A stretch of 62,553 nucleotides of DNA, counting the filler, from an uncultured bacterium (GTDB lineage Bacteria; DYJV01), in the NCBI GenBank assembly GCA_964543655.1. It is 5 parts of 5 records of this genome, joined end to end, with 100 filler letters (N's around TTAATTAATTAA, not from the genome) between each part and the next. Parts side by side here need not be neighbours in the genome. Positions count along the whole stretch, not along the records: positions 1 to 21,454 come from CAZIZE010000029.1; 4 more parts are not named here. One strand, given 5' to 3'. Under the pieces are notes generated by a model that was not told where the DNA came from, searched no databases, and saw only the letters and a list, made by a program, of their open reading frames with translations. Both the position numbers and the translations under genes were made by a program. Position 1 is the stretch's first letter. Every line of letters starts with the position of its first letter. Of the stretch, positions 1-10,612 are shown piece by piece.

Positions 1-1
1 A

Positions 2-181
2 ATAGAAATTAGCAGTGATTTAAACAACAGACCTGGTGATATTAAAATCTATATTACAGATAATTCTAAAATTACAAAATTTACTGGCTGGGAACCAATA
101 TACCATGCAGAAAAAATTTTAACAGATATTTTTACCTGGCTCCAGGAAAATGAAACCATAATAAAACATTTAATTGTATAA
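2..181 (+). CDS. 3' end of an NAD-dependent nucleotide-sugar epimerase/dehydratase (CDP-paratose 2-epimerase-like), partial
   Basis: Manual translation from nt 2: IEISSDLNNRPGDIKIYITDNSKITKFTGWEP...LIV*. RPGD...D.SK...GW.P is the typical C-terminus of extended SDR epimerases. Confidence 0.7.
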   Translation: MEISSDLNNRPGDIKIYITDNSKITKFTGWEPIYHAEKILTDIFTWLQENETIIKHLIV

Positions 182-188
182 AAATAGT

Positions 189-1349
189 TCAAGTTCTATA
201 CTCAGCATTAATCTTCACATAATCGTAAGATATATCGCAGGTGAAATAATCCCAGAATTTATCTCCCTGATTTAAATCAACAATTATTTCAATTTCCCTA
301 TTTTCACGTAAATATTCAGCGCATTTTTTTTCAGAAAAGGTAATTGCTTCCATTCCATTTTCAACTATCTTATTTTCTCCAAGATAAATTATAATATTTT
401 CAGGATTAAAAATTTCGCCACTGTAACCAATTGCAGCTAAGATTCTTCCCCAGTTTGGGTCACCACCAAACATTGCTGTTTTCACAAGCAAAGAGTTTGC
501 AATGCTTTCACAAATTCTCCTGCACTGATCTTCTGATGCACCATTTTTTACTCTAATTTTAATTAATTTTGTAGCTCCTTCACCATCTTTAACTATCATT
601 TTTGCAAGATTAAAACAAACTTCCAAAATATCGTTTTCAAATTTTTCAATATCAATCTCTTTATTAATGCCTGTTGAAATAAAAAACACTGAATCATTGG
701 TGCTCATATCGCCATCAACTGTTATTGAGTTAAAAGTTTTATCTACTACATTTTTTAAAATTTTATCCATAATATCTTTTTCAACAAAAGCATCAGTTAA
801 TATAAAAGCAAGCATTGTTGCCATATCTGGATTAATCATACCAGCACCTTTAGCAATCCCACAAATTGTATAATTATCTTTTTTAACTGAATTAATTTTG
901 GGAAAAGAGTCAGTTGTCATTATTGCTCTGGCAGCAGATTCTATATTTTTTTTACTGAGTTTTTTAACCAGGTTCTCTGAGTTTTTGATAAAATTTAAAA
1001 TTGGAAGTTGTACCCCAATAACACCAGTTGAGGATATCAACACCTCATCCCTTGTTATTTTTAACTTTTCAGCAATATTATTACATATCTCTTTACATGC
1101 ATTTAATCCTTGCTCTCCTGTGCAGGCATTTGCATTACCGCTGTTAATAACTATTGCTTTAAATTTATTTCTACCCTTCAACAAATTTTTACAATAAATT
1201 ACAGGTGCTGCTTTTACCCTATTTTTAGTAAAGACAGCAGATACATTAGCACTATTTGGAAAAAAAATAAGAGCTAAATCATCTCTATTTTTATATTTTA
1301 TTTCAGCATTTATTGCTGAAAAAAGAAAACCTTCAGGGATATCATACAT
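189..1349 (-). CDS. argJ: Bifunctional glutamate N-acetyltransferase/ornithine acetyltransferase
   Basis: Motifs NSGNANACTG, SSTGVIG, KGAGMINPDMATML, DGDMSTND, DGEGATK, DPNWGRI; C-terminal YVKINAEYRT. Confidence 0.97.
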   Translation of the reverse strand: MYDIPEGFLFSAINAEIKYKNRDDLALIFFPNSANVSAVFTKNRVKAAPVIYCKNLLKGRNKFKAIVINSGNANACTGEQGLNACKEICNNIAEKLKITRDEVLISSTGVIGVQLPILNFIKNSENLVKKLSKKNIESAARAIMTTDSFPKINSVKKDNYTICGIAKGAGMINPDMATMLAFILTDAFVEKDIMDKILKNVVDKTFNSITVDGDMSTNDSVFFISTGINKEIDIEKFENDILEVCFNLAKMIVKDGEGATKLIKIRVKNGASEDQCRRICESIANSLLVKTAMFGGDPNWGRILAAIGYSGEIFNPENIIIYLGENKIVENGMEAITFSEKKCAEYLRENREIEIIVDLNQGDKFWDYFTCDISYDYVKINAEYRT

Positions 1350-1499
1350 TATACACTCCTTCTAAATTTTTTATCAATTTACCTTTTAATTATCATACAA
1401 AATATTTTTATTTTTTGCAGCAAATTTTTTATTGATAAATTATTAAAATTTATGTAATTAGATGTAGAAATGATTCTTATTAAAAAGTAAGGAGGTTTT

Positions 1500-2126
1500 A
1501 TGATTTTTGGCTCTCTTGTTGTTGGTCCATTACAGGTTAATTGTTATATACTTGGTTGTGAGAAAACTAAAGATGCAATTGTTATTGATGCTGGTGGCAA
1601 TGTAAATGATATTTTAAATGTTCTTGAAAAAAATAATCTAAATTTAAAATATATTTTATGTACTCATTCCCATTTTGACCATATTGCTGGGAACAAAGAG
1701 TTGAAAGATGCTACAAATGCCGAGATTATTATTCATTCAGCAGAAGCTGACTCTATTACAAATATTTCAAGTTCTGCAATGCTCTTTGGTTTGAATATTC
1801 ACAATTCTCCACCTGCTGATATTTTAATAGAAGATAAACATGTGATAAAAGTAGGAGAAGAGATCATTCTTGATACTCTTCACACACCAGGCCATTCAGC
1901 AGGCTCATGTTCTTTTATTTTAAGAGGAATGCCTATTGTATTTGTTGGTGATACTCTATTTGCAGGCTCCATTGGTAGAACAGACTTACCTGGTGGAGAT
2001 TATAACACATTAATAAATTCAGTTAGAACTAAATTATTTGTTTTACCAGACGAAACCAAAGCGCTACCAGGCCATGGCCCAGAAACAACCATTGGTTATG
2101 AAAAAAAATATAATCCTTTTTTTTAG
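1500..2126 (+). CDS. MBL-fold metallo-hydrolase (glyoxalase II/YcbL-like)
   Basis: THSHFDH, HTPGHS, GDTLFAGSIGRTDLPGG, PGHGPETTIG; AAGGAGG RBS. Confidence 0.9.
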   Translation: MIFGSLVVGPLQVNCYILGCEKTKDAIVIDAGGNVNDILNVLEKNNLNLKYILCTHSHFDHIAGNKELKDATNAEIIIHSAEADSITNISSSAMLFGLNIHNSPPADILIEDKHVIKVGEEIILDTLHTPGHSAGSCSFILRGMPIVFVGDTLFAGSIGRTDLPGGDYNTLINSVRTKLFVLPDETKALPGHGPETTIGYEKKYNPFF

Positions 2127-2135
2127 GGAGCAAAA

Positions 2136-2882
2136 ATGGAGATTAAAGAAGGCGTTTATGCCAAAAGTAGTGTTATTACAATAGGTACTGCTTCAACTTC
2201 AAAAAAAACCACCTCTGTAAATTACTATTTTGCTAAACCTCTTAATGAGAATACTGTTTTGGTTGATCTGCTTAACATAAAAAATGAGCCTGTTGGCTTT
2301 ACAGAAGAGGTACCAATTGAGCAATTTAAAAAAGAGTATGAATTTGTTGCAGATTTAAAAACATTTCAAAAAAAGCATGAGCAGGTATCTCCTGAAAAAA
2401 TTAAAGCAGAAGAGCATGTTAAGCGTGGAGATAAACATTTACAAAATAAAGAATATTTAAGTGCAGAATTTGAATATGGTACAGCTCTTAGATATGATAA
2501 GAAAAATTTAAAAGCTCATCATGGGCTCAGCAAAGTATATCTTGAAACAGGAGAAATAGACAAAGCCAAAGAATATCTTCACAAAATAGGTGAACTTGAT
2601 GACCTGTTTGCAAAAGAAAATAAACATATTTTCAATGAGGTTGCCATTAATCTTAGAAAACAAAAAATGTATGATGAAGCAATAAAAAATTATAAAAAAG
2701 CTATTATTGTGGATCCTGAAGATGAAGTTTTATACTACAACATGGCAAGAGCATACTATGAAAAGGGGGAGCTTGAAAACGCTTTAAAATATTTTAAAAA
2801 ATCTGTTGAGCTAAACCCGGATTTTAATGAAGGTAAAAAAGCTATACAATTTGTTGAAAAAAAATTAAATACAAGGAAGTAG
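2136..2882 (+). CDS. Tetratricopeptide repeat protein
   Basis: Several TPR units, e.g. FNEVAINLRKQKMYDEAIKNYKKA and LYYNMARAYYEKG. Confidence 0.85.
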   Translation: MEIKEGVYAKSSVITIGTASTSKKTTSVNYYFAKPLNENTVLVDLLNIKNEPVGFTEEVPIEQFKKEYEFVADLKTFQKKHEQVSPEKIKAEEHVKRGDKHLQNKEYLSAEFEYGTALRYDKKNLKAHHGLSKVYLETGEIDKAKEYLHKIGELDDLFAKENKHIFNEVAINLRKQKMYDEAIKNYKKAIIVDPEDEVLYYNMARAYYEKGELENALKYFKKSVELNPDFNEGKKAIQFVEKKLNTRK

Positions 2883-2884
2883 CC

Positions 2885-3517
2885 ATGGTTGACAATATAC
2901 ATTATATAAAAAAATTTTATGAAAAAATTTCCCAGATTGGGAAAGTTAAAGTCTTTCAAGAAGGTTCACCAATAATATTTGAAGGGGATTTAGGAAATAC
3001 AATATACTTCTTAATAGAGGGAGAAGTAAATGTTGTCACCTACAATGAATCTGGTAAAGAAATAATCTTAGCTACATTAAAAGCATTGAATTTTTTTGGA
3101 GAAATATCTCTTTTTGACGAGAGAAACAGAACTGCTACAATTGTTGCACATACTAAATGCAAGGTTGTTGAGCTTACCAAAAATGCTTTTTTTAATTTTA
3201 TAAAAAATGAAAATGAGATATTTTTTATTTTAATGGTTGAAATGGCAAAAAGGCTTAGAAAAGCCAATAGGAAAATCTATATTCTCACTTTAAATAAAGC
3301 ACATGATAGAATTAGATGCTATTTACAAGATAAATATGTTGAATACCTTGCTTTAAAAAAACCTTTTATACTTCAATCACATAGTGAAATTGGTAAAGAG
3401 CTTGGGCTCACAAGGGAAACTGTTACTAAAATACTTGGAGAATTTAAAGAAAAAGGTATAATTTCAGGAACCAAAGGTGAAATAACAGTAGAAGAGGAAT
3501 TACTTTTTAAATATTAG
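2885..3517 (+). CDS. Crp/Fnr family transcriptional regulator
   Basis: cNMP domain (FFGEISLFDERNRTAT) and C-terminal HTH (LGLTRETVTKIL). Confidence 0.92.
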   Translation: MVDNIHYIKKFYEKISQIGKVKVFQEGSPIIFEGDLGNTIYFLIEGEVNVVTYNESGKEIILATLKALNFFGEISLFDERNRTATIVAHTKCKVVELTKNAFFNFIKNENEIFFILMVEMAKRLRKANRKIYILTLNKAHDRIRCYLQDKYVEYLALKKPFILQSHSEIGKELGLTRETVTKILGEFKEKGIISGTKGEITVEEELLFKY

Positions 3518-4282
3518 TAAACTTATAAAATAGATAATTGTACCAGCAGTAACAATAGTTGCTCCAACTGGCAAATCAAATTCCCACGAAATACCAACAC
3601 CAGCAAAAAATATTACAATATTAAATAAAATGCTTACTAAAAATGCTTTTTTGTAATTTTTACAAATAAGAAAACTGAAAGTTCCTGGAAGAATCAAAAG
3701 GGCACTTACAAGTATAATTCCTATTAATTTCAAACTAATAACTATTACAGAAGAGAGAATTATTAAAAGTAGATTATCAAAAAATTCCACATTAATTCCT
3801 GAAACTTTTGCAACATCCTCATCAAAAGCAATAAAAACAAATTCTTTAAGAAAAATAAAAAGAAAAGTTGTTGAAACAAAGGAAACCAAAATTATCAAAA
3901 TTATATCAGAGTTAGAAATACCAAGAATTGAACCAAAAAGATAACCCATTACATCAAAGTTGTAATTTTTATTTAAATAGAGAAAAATAGCTCCAAGAGC
4001 CATTGTGAAAGAGAAAAACAAACCAATACTATTATCATAGTCAAGCTTGCCCATTTTTGTAGTTTTACCAATAAAAAATGCCACTACAAGACAGAAGGAA
4101 AGTGTTGTAATAAAAGGAGAAAAATTTAAAAGAAGAGCAAGGGCGATTCCTGCAAATGCAGCGTGTGAAATCCCAACTCCAAGGAAAGAAAGTTTTCTAA
4201 GTATTACAAAAACAGATAAAATACCAAAAACAATACTTAAAAAAAAACCAGAAATAGCAATATTTATTAAAATATCATTCAT
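3500..4282 (-). CDS. znuB: Zn/Mn ABC transporter permease (ZnuB-like)
   Basis: ISHAAFAG, YLFGSILGI, FDEDVAKVSG; highly hydrophobic. Confidence 0.85.
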   Translation of the reverse strand: MNDILINIAISGFFLSIVFGILSVFVILRKLSFLGVGISHAAFAGIALALLLNFSPFITTLSFCLVVAFFIGKTTKMGKLDYDNSIGLFFSFTMALGAIFLYLNKNYNFDVMGYLFGSILGISNSDIILIILVSFVSTTFLFIFLKEFVFIAFDEDVAKVSGINVEFFDNLLLIILSSVIVISLKLIGIILVSALLILPGTFSFLICKNYKKAFLVSILFNIVIFFAGVGISWEFDLPVGATIVTAGTIIYFISLLIFKK

Positions 4283-5063
4283 TTACTCTATCTTTGCATG
4301 TAAGGCATTCTCTATCATGTATAAGAAATACCACATCACTGCCAAAAACTTTTGAAATTACATCTGAGGAAATAATTTCTCCTGATTTACCATAATAATG
4401 AATAGTTTTATTCAAGCAAGCTATTTTATCAGCGTAACTTGTAATCACACCAATATCATGAGACACAACTATAACAGAAATTCCCTGATTTTTTAGATTA
4501 TTTAACAGGTCATATAGGTCTTTCTGGGCAATTATATCAAGACTGACTGAGGGCTCATCAAGAATCAGTAGCTTTGGTTCTGTAGATAGCGCTCTTGCAA
4601 TTAAAACCCTCTGCTTTTCACCACCAGAAAGTTGATGAAAATTTTTATCTTTTAAATGTTTTACATTAAGAAGTTCCAGGCAATTTTCCACTATTTCTGC
4701 ATCTTCTTCTTTAGGGAACTTGCAATATCCAATTAATGGATACCTGCCCATCATTACAACATCAAAGACCTTTGCCGGGAAATTGATATTTTGAGAATTA
4801 TGCTGCGGTAAGTATCCTATTAACCCTTTGGGATACTTACCATTTTTGTAACCAAAAATATTTACTATGCCTCTGGCTGGTTTAATAATGCCAAGTATTG
4901 TTTTTAAAAGGGTGGATTTCCCTGAACCATTTGGTCCAATAATTGTTAAAAACTCATTTGAAAATATTTTTAAATTTATATTTTCTAAAACAAAATGCTT
5001 ATTATACTTAACATAAATATTTTCAAGAAAACCTATTTCATTTTTATGCTGTAGCTTCTTCAC
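4275..5063 (-). CDS. znuC: Zn/Mn ABC transporter ATP-binding protein (ZnuC-like)
   Basis: [26 protein letters not shown]-terminal [11 protein letters not shown] start lies inside rpsT. Confidence 0.85.
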   Translation of the reverse strand: MKKLQHKNEIGFLENIYVKYNKHFVLENINLKIFSNEFLTIIGPNGSGKSTLLKTILGIIKPARGIVNIFGYKNGKYPKGLIGYLPQHNSQNINFPAKVFDVVMMGRYPLIGYCKFPKEEDAEIVENCLELLNVKHLKDKNFHQLSGGEKQRVLIARALSTEPKLLILDEPSVSLDIIAQKDLYDLLNNLKNQGISVIVVSHDIGVITSYADKIACLNKTIHYYGKSGEIISSDVISKVFGSDVVFLIHDRECLTCKDRVNE

Positions 5064-5340
5064 TTTGTTGTAATTCTGCTTTTAGTTTGTTAAGCCTGTG
5101 CGCAAGCCTTGAAACCTTTCTTGCAGCATTTCTCTTATGATATACACCTTTAGATTTTGCTTTGTAAATAACTTTTGTAGCTTGTCTAAATAATTCTTCT
5201 GCTGATTCAATATTTTTCTCTTCAATAGCTTTTAATACCTTTTTTATTGTGGTTTTTGTGAAAGACCTAATACTCTTATTTCTCAAACGTCTCTTCTCAT
5301 TCTGTCTCATCCTTTTTAATGCAGACTTATGATTTGGCAA
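5044..5340 (-). CDS. rpsT: 30S ribosomal protein S20
   Basis: [21 protein letters not shown]...[19 protein letters not shown] start with GGAGG RBS. Confidence 0.97.
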   Translation of the reverse strand: MPNHKSALKRMRQNEKRRLRNKSIRSFTKTTIKKVLKAIEEKNIESAEELFRQATKVIYKAKSKGVYHKRNAARKVSRLAHRLNKLKAELQQSEEATA

Positions 5341-5519
5341 CTTTTCCTCCTTGTTAAAAAATTTTGATTAAACTAAGCGCTTGCTATTATAAGTTTTTTT
5401 CATTTATGTCAAGTGTTTTTCTAAAAAAACTCAATAAAATAAGTTTGCATTAAAAAAATTTTTATTATAAACTATTTTCTTCATACTATCTTCATATTAA
5501 TAATTTTATAATCTAAAAG

Positions 5520-6923
5520 ATGACTCAAGTTAAAAATTTTATTACCATTCTTTTTATAGCAATTTTAGTTGCTTTTGCCTTTCAAGGCAAAAGAGGACTA
5601 TACTCTCCTGATGAAGGCAGATACACTGAATGCGCCAGAGAAATGAACATTACTCACAATTATCTTCTTCCAGAGTTAAATAACCAATTACATATTTCAA
5701 AACCACCAATCACTTACTGGTTTTTAGCTATATCCTTAAAATTATTTGGGCATAATGAATTTGCCGCAAGATTCCCCAATAGTTTATTCTTTGTTTTAAC
5801 AGTTTTGCTAATATTTTTTATTGGAAAAAATATCTGGAATGAGGACATTGCTACACTATCTGCAGTTATATACTCAACTTCTATTTTTCCTTTTATTGGT
5901 TTAAATTTCATAACAACAGATACTATTTTAACCTTTTTCATTTGGCTTTATATATTTTTCTTTATAAAAGAAAATTATTTTCTAATGTGGCTTGCAATGG
6001 GTTTTGCATTTCTTACAAAAGGGCCACCTTCTTTGCTACCTTTTCTTGCTATTTTACTTTTTCTTTTATTTAAAAATAAAGAGAAAATTAAAAATATTTT
6101 AAATTTTAAGAATTTATTTATATTTTTGGTTGTTGGTTTGTCATGGTATATTATTGTAATTTTAAAATATCCTGCTGCATTTGATTATTTTATAAAAAAT
6201 GAATTAATTGGCAGGGTTCTTGGGCATCATCATAGAAATAGCGGTTTATTTGACTGGATTATTTACATCCCAGTATTACTCTTTGGGCTTTTGCCATGGA
6301 GCTTTTATTGGTACAAAATTAATTTTAAAAATTTAAAATTAGACAATTATGCTATTCTTCTACTCTATATAATTTTTATCCCTTTTATTATTTTCTGTAT
6401 TGTAAGAAGCCGATTGCCTCTTTATATTCTTCCACTTTTCCCTGCTATTTCTTTACTGAGCGCATATTTATTTCAGCAAATTAACTTAAAATTTTCAAAA
6501 AAGTTTCTTATACTTTCATTAGTGTTCTTAATATGTTTACGGATAATATTCTGCTACATCCCGGTTTCAAAAAATGAAAAATTAATTTATAAAGAAATTA
6601 AGCCTTTTATCCATGGAAATAATTACAAATTAAATTTAGTTGCTTCAAGAAATCATTTTGGATTAAATTTCTACTTTAATACAATTATTGAGCATCTCAA
6701 CCTTAATAATAAATCAAAATTAAATGAATACGCAAAAAATAGTATCACTGACAAACTAAAAAAATTGCAGTTAACAAATTATTTTATAATTTTTGATAAC
6801 TTCAAATTAAACTATTTTTTAAAATTATTAAAAGAAAAATATAACTATTCATTTAAAGTTTTTCATCCAGACAATATCTACATTGTAAGGGTTACTCCTG
6901 TTGCCGCTAATCAGAAGAAGTGA
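5520..6923 (+). CDS. ArnT/PMT-like membrane glycosyltransferase (GT-C fold)
   Basis: DEGRYTECAREM, KPPITYW, EFAARFP, FLTKGP; multi-pass membrane protein. Confidence 0.88.
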   Translation: MTQVKNFITILFIAILVAFAFQGKRGLYSPDEGRYTECAREMNITHNYLLPELNNQLHISKPPITYWFLAISLKLFGHNEFAARFPNSLFFVLTVLLIFFIGKNIWNEDIATLSAVIYSTSIFPFIGLNFITTDTILTFFIWLYIFFFIKENYFLMWLAMGFAFLTKGPPSLLPFLAILLFLLFKNKEKIKNILNFKNLFIFLVVGLSWYIIVILKYPAAFDYFIKNELIGRVLGHHHRNSGLFDWIIYIPVLLFGLLPWSFYWYKINFKNLKLDNYAILLLYIIFIPFIIFCIVRSRLPLYILPLFPAISLLSAYLFQQINLKFSKKFLILSLVFLICLRIIFCYIPVSKNEKLIYKEIKPFIHGNNYKLNLVASRNHFGLNFYFNTIIEHLNLNNKSKLNEYAKNSITDKLKKLQLTNYFIIFDNFKLNYFLKLLKEKYNYSFKVFHPDNIYIVRVTPVAANQKK

Positions 6924-7941
6924 GCTTTTGAATGTTTTTAAAAAAATCTTTAAAATTTTCAAAAACATACTCAGGGGTCAGCTCATATTGGCATTTAAGA
7001 TTTTTACATTTTTTATTTCTGCATGGATTACATCCAACATCAACTTTAACAACTCTGTTTAATTTTCCCCACGGTCTGTTTACTTCAGAATCAGATGGAC
7101 CAAAAAGAGCAAGAACAGGAATATTTAGAACAGATGCAAGATGCATTGGGCCAGTGTCGCCAGTAATGAAAACATCTAACTTTGAAATTAAAACAAGCAA
7201 CTCTTTCATATCAGTTTTTGGAGCAAGATAAATATTATCATCTCCTTTCAAAAATTTAACCTTCTCATATTCACCAGGTCCCCAGGTAATAATAAAGCAT
7301 ACTTCATTTTTACCAAAATATCTGGAAATATTTGAAATAAACTTTTTATAGTAAGGTAATGGCCATTCTTTGTATGAACCTGACCTGCTTGTGCATGGAT
7401 TAATTCCTATCTTAATTTTGTATTTACTCAGATTTTTAAAAAAATTGTCTATATATCTTTCTTTTTCATTATCAATGAAAAAATTGGTTTCTAATTTTTC
7501 TGGAATATTAAATTTTTCAATAATAGGCTTTAATAAATTAAAATTTTTTTCAATCCTTGTTACTTTTTCAGAAATCTCAGGAGCTTTAATATTGTTAAAA
7601 AGAAAATTAAATTCCTTGCAATTAACCTTTGAATATCCAATCCTTTTACGAACACCAGAAAAATAAGAGATTAAACCACTTTTAAGAATACCATGAAAAT
7701 CAAGTATATAGTCAAAATGCTCTTTTCTAATTTCCTTAAGTATTCCAAAAATTTTTCTATAATTTTTTCGTGGTACAATATATAGCTTATCTATGTCTGG
7801 GTGATTTTCAAGAAGATTGCACGCCCAATCCTCTGCAATCCAGGAAATAGATAAATTTTTTATTCTTTTTAAAAATAGAACAGCAGGGACTGTTCGTATT
7901 ATATCACCTACAGCACCTAATCTAATTACCAGAACTTTCAT
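6907..7941 (-). CDS. GT9 LPS heptosyltransferase (WaaC/WaaF-like)
   Basis: IRLGAVGDII, KEWP, GDTGPMHLAS, LFGPS. Confidence 0.92.
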   Translation of the reverse strand: MKVLVIRLGAVGDIIRTVPAVLFLKRIKNLSISWIAEDWACNLLENHPDIDKLYIVPRKNYRKIFGILKEIRKEHFDYILDFHGILKSGLISYFSGVRKRIGYSKVNCKEFNFLFNNIKAPEISEKVTRIEKNFNLLKPIIEKFNIPEKLETNFFIDNEKERYIDNFFKNLSKYKIKIGINPCTSRSGSYKEWPLPYYKKFISNISRYFGKNEVCFIITWGPGEYEKVKFLKGDDNIYLAPKTDMKELLVLISKLDVFITGDTGPMHLASVLNIPVLALFGPSDSEVNRPWGKLNRVVKVDVGCNPCRNKKCKNLKCQYELTPEYVFENFKDFFKNIQKLTSSD

Positions 7942-8551
7942 TAGATTTCCTACTTTTTCTGTAAAGAACAGGGTTTAATGTGGGATCATTATACATTTTA
8001 AATTGAAAATATATCTTATGCTTTTTCTTGCCACTTAAAATATCTTTTATAAGTTTTTCAAATGCAATTACAAGATCACTTCTCTGCTGTTTTAAAATTT
8101 CTAATTTTTCAATACATTTTTCTATATGTTCTTTTGATGCATCCTCTCTTTTAGTCTGCTCATCCATATGATAAATTTTAAGTGATAAAATAGTAATCCT
8201 GTCAATTATAGAGCCTGGTGTCTCAGAATTAAAATCATCAGTTGTTGCAATTATATTATTCTCATTTAAATGGTTATAAATAAGAATATCAAGCTTCTCA
8301 ATATTATCATTTCTATTCTGATTTTCTCTATCAATTTTTCTTTTAACATCTGCAATAATTTTATCATCTGCATTAATATCTCTTGCCAAATCTTCAAGAT
8401 GCCATAATTTATAATTGGAACACAAAATTTCAAGTGCCTGGTTAACAAATATGTTATTATGAGAAAAAGATATCTCATTATTTTTATGCCATAATTCTAC
8501 ATAGTTATCAAATAGAGCAATAATCTTTTTTAGATTTGTTAGATTTTTCAT
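7922..8551 (-). CDS. DUF4254-family protein
   Basis: LWHLEDLARD, KRKIDRENQNRND, ETPGSIIDRITILSLKIYHM, KIYFQFKMYND recalled as DUF4254; overlaps the GT9 start. Confidence 0.8.
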   Translation of the reverse strand: MKNLTNLKKIIALFDNYVELWHKNNEISFSHNNIFVNQALEILCSNYKLWHLEDLARDINADDKIIADVKRKIDRENQNRNDNIEKLDILIYNHLNENNIIATTDDFNSETPGSIIDRITILSLKIYHMDEQTKREDASKEHIEKCIEKLEILKQQRSDLVIAFEKLIKDILSGKKKHKIYFQFKMYNDPTLNPVLYRKSRKSNESSGN

Positions 8552-8649
8552 AAATTCCCCTTAAAATAAATTGACTAAAATGAAACTTTTATATATAGAG
8601 TATAACTGAATTAGTCAATAATAAATTACTTTTTTAAACAGAGGTTAGC

Positions 8650-10131
8650 ATGTTCGTATTTAACACCCTTTCAAATAAAAAAGAGGAATTAAAACCAATT
8701 AAATCAGGCTATATTGGAATGTATGCTTGCGGTGTTACTGTGTATGACCTTTGTCATATAGGGCATGCAAGAAGCCTGATTATTTTTGATATAATTTACA
8801 GATATTTATTGTTCAAAGGTTACAATGTAACATTTGTAAGGAATTTTACTGATATTGATGATAAAATTATTAAAAAAGCTAATGAAGAAGGTGTTGAATA
8901 TAAAGATGTTAGTGAAAAATATATTAAAGAATATTACAAAGATACATCAAAGTTAAACATAAAAAAACCCAATTTTGAACCAAAAGCTACTGACCATATT
9001 GACGATATGATAAATTTTATAAAAGTGCTTATTGATAAGGGGTTTGCTTATGAATCAGATGGTGATGTATATTACAATGTTAACAAATTCAAAGAATATG
9101 GTAAGCTTTCTAAAAAAAATATAGATGACCTTATAGCAGGTGCACGTATTGAAGTTGGTGATAAAAAGAAAAACCCACTTGACTTTGCATTATGGAAAAA
9201 AAGTAAAGATGGAGAACCTTTCTGGGAAAGCCCCTGGGGAAAAGGTAGACCTGGCTGGCATATTGAGTGCTCAGTAATGAGCATGAAATATCTTGGAGAG
9301 AGCTTCGATATTCATGGTGGTGGTAAGGATTTGATTTTTCCTCACCATGAAAATGAAATCGCACAATCTGAAGCTTTTTCTGGTAAACAATTTGCCAATT
9401 TCTGGATACATAATGGTTTTGTTAATATAAATAAAGAAAAAATGAGTAAATCTCTTGGGAATTTTTTTACAATTAGGGAGATTCTTGAAACTACCAAACC
9501 TGATGTTTTGAGATTCTTTTTACTTAACAGCCATTACCACAAACCAATAGATTTCTCAGAGGAAAATCTCCAAAATGCTAAATCTGGATATTTAAAATTG
9601 TGTTATACAATAGCAAGGCTTGATTCTATTCTTGAGAATTATAATGAAAAAATTGCAGAAATCAATGTAAATTCTTTGCCCAAATCTGGCAAAAAATTTT
9701 ACAATAAATTTAATCTTTTTAAAGAAAATTTTTTTAATGCAATGGATGATGATTTTAACACTGCAAAAGCTATTGGATTTTTATTTGACTTTGTTTCAGA
9801 AGTAAATAAAATAATATATAACCCTACACTCAAATTTAGTGACGCACAAATTAGCCTGCTGAATGAAGTTAAAAAATTTTTCTCAGATTTTTCTAAAATT
9901 ACAGGATTGTTCTCACTTAATCCAAAAGAGTTTATTGAATTCGAAAAGGAAAAATTTCTAAAAGAACACGGAATTGACGAAACTTACATTAATGAAAAAA
10001 TTGCTTTAAGAGAAAATTTTCGAAAAGAGAAGAAATGGGATGAAGCAGATAAAATTAGAAATGAATTACAGGAGCTTGGAATATACCTTGAGGATACCAC
10101 AACAGGTACAACATGGAAAATAGTTATTTAA
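8650..10131 (+). CDS. cysS: Cysteine--tRNA ligase
   Basis: CGVTVYD, HIGH, GRPGWHIECS, DIHGGG, KMSKS. Confidence 0.98.
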   Translation: MFVFNTLSNKKEELKPIKSGYIGMYACGVTVYDLCHIGHARSLIIFDIIYRYLLFKGYNVTFVRNFTDIDDKIIKKANEEGVEYKDVSEKYIKEYYKDTSKLNIKKPNFEPKATDHIDDMINFIKVLIDKGFAYESDGDVYYNVNKFKEYGKLSKKNIDDLIAGARIEVGDKKKNPLDFALWKKSKDGEPFWESPWGKGRPGWHIECSVMSMKYLGESFDIHGGGKDLIFPHHENEIAQSEAFSGKQFANFWIHNGFVNINKEKMSKSLGNFFTIREILETTKPDVLRFFLLNSHYHKPIDFSEENLQNAKSGYLKLCYTIARLDSILENYNEKIAEINVNSLPKSGKKFYNKFNLFKENFFNAMDDDFNTAKAIGFLFDFVSEVNKIIYNPTLKFSDAQISLLNEVKKFFSDFSKITGLFSLNPKEFIEFEKEKFLKEHGIDETYINEKIALRENFRKEKKWDEADKIRNELQELGIYLEDTTTGTTWKIVI

Positions 10132-10144
10132 AAAGGGGGTTCAA

Positions 10145-10612
10145 ATGGATGTTAAATATATTAATCCATTTTTAACTGCTACAATAAATGTTATAAAAAC
10201 CATGGCTTTTCTTGATCCAAAACCAGGAAAGCCTTTTATAAAAAAAGAGAGTAAAGCTCTTGGCGATGTTTCAGGAGTAATCGGGCTTTCTGGTGACCTA
10301 AAAGGCTCTCTCTCTATTACTTTTGAAGAAGATACTATTAAACATATTGTTTCAAATATGTTTGGTGAAGATATAAATGAGATTAATGATGAAGTTAGAG
10401 ATGCAGTTGGAGAACTGACCAATATGATTTCAGGAGATGCAAGAAGGCAATTGCAAAGTTTTGGAGTTAAAATTGATGCTGCAATCCCTTCTATTATCAC
10501 TGGAAAAAACCACACCATCACCCATATTGCCAAAGGTCCAATTGTAGCACTACCATTTGATACTGAAAAAGGAAAATTCATTGTTGAATTCACCATGGAA
10601 AAAACTAAATAA
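10145..10612 (+). CDS. cheX: Chemotaxis phosphatase CheX
   Basis: YINPFL, DVSGVIGLSG, GELTNMISG (ExxN motif). Confidence 0.9.
   Translation: MDVKYINPFLTATINVIKTMAFLDPKPGKPFIKKESKALGDVSGVIGLSGDLKGSLSITFEEDTIKHIVSNMFGEDINEINDEVRDAVGELTNMISGDARRQLQSFGVKIDAAIPSIITGKNHTITHIAKGPIVALPFDTEKGKFIVEFTMEKTK

Noticed and set aside
5384-5412. Several TTGACA promoters whose -10 hexamer at 17 bp lacks the final T (also at 18669 and 22455)
   Set aside because: There are too few examples in a very AT-rich background to claim altered sigma specificity without TSS data.
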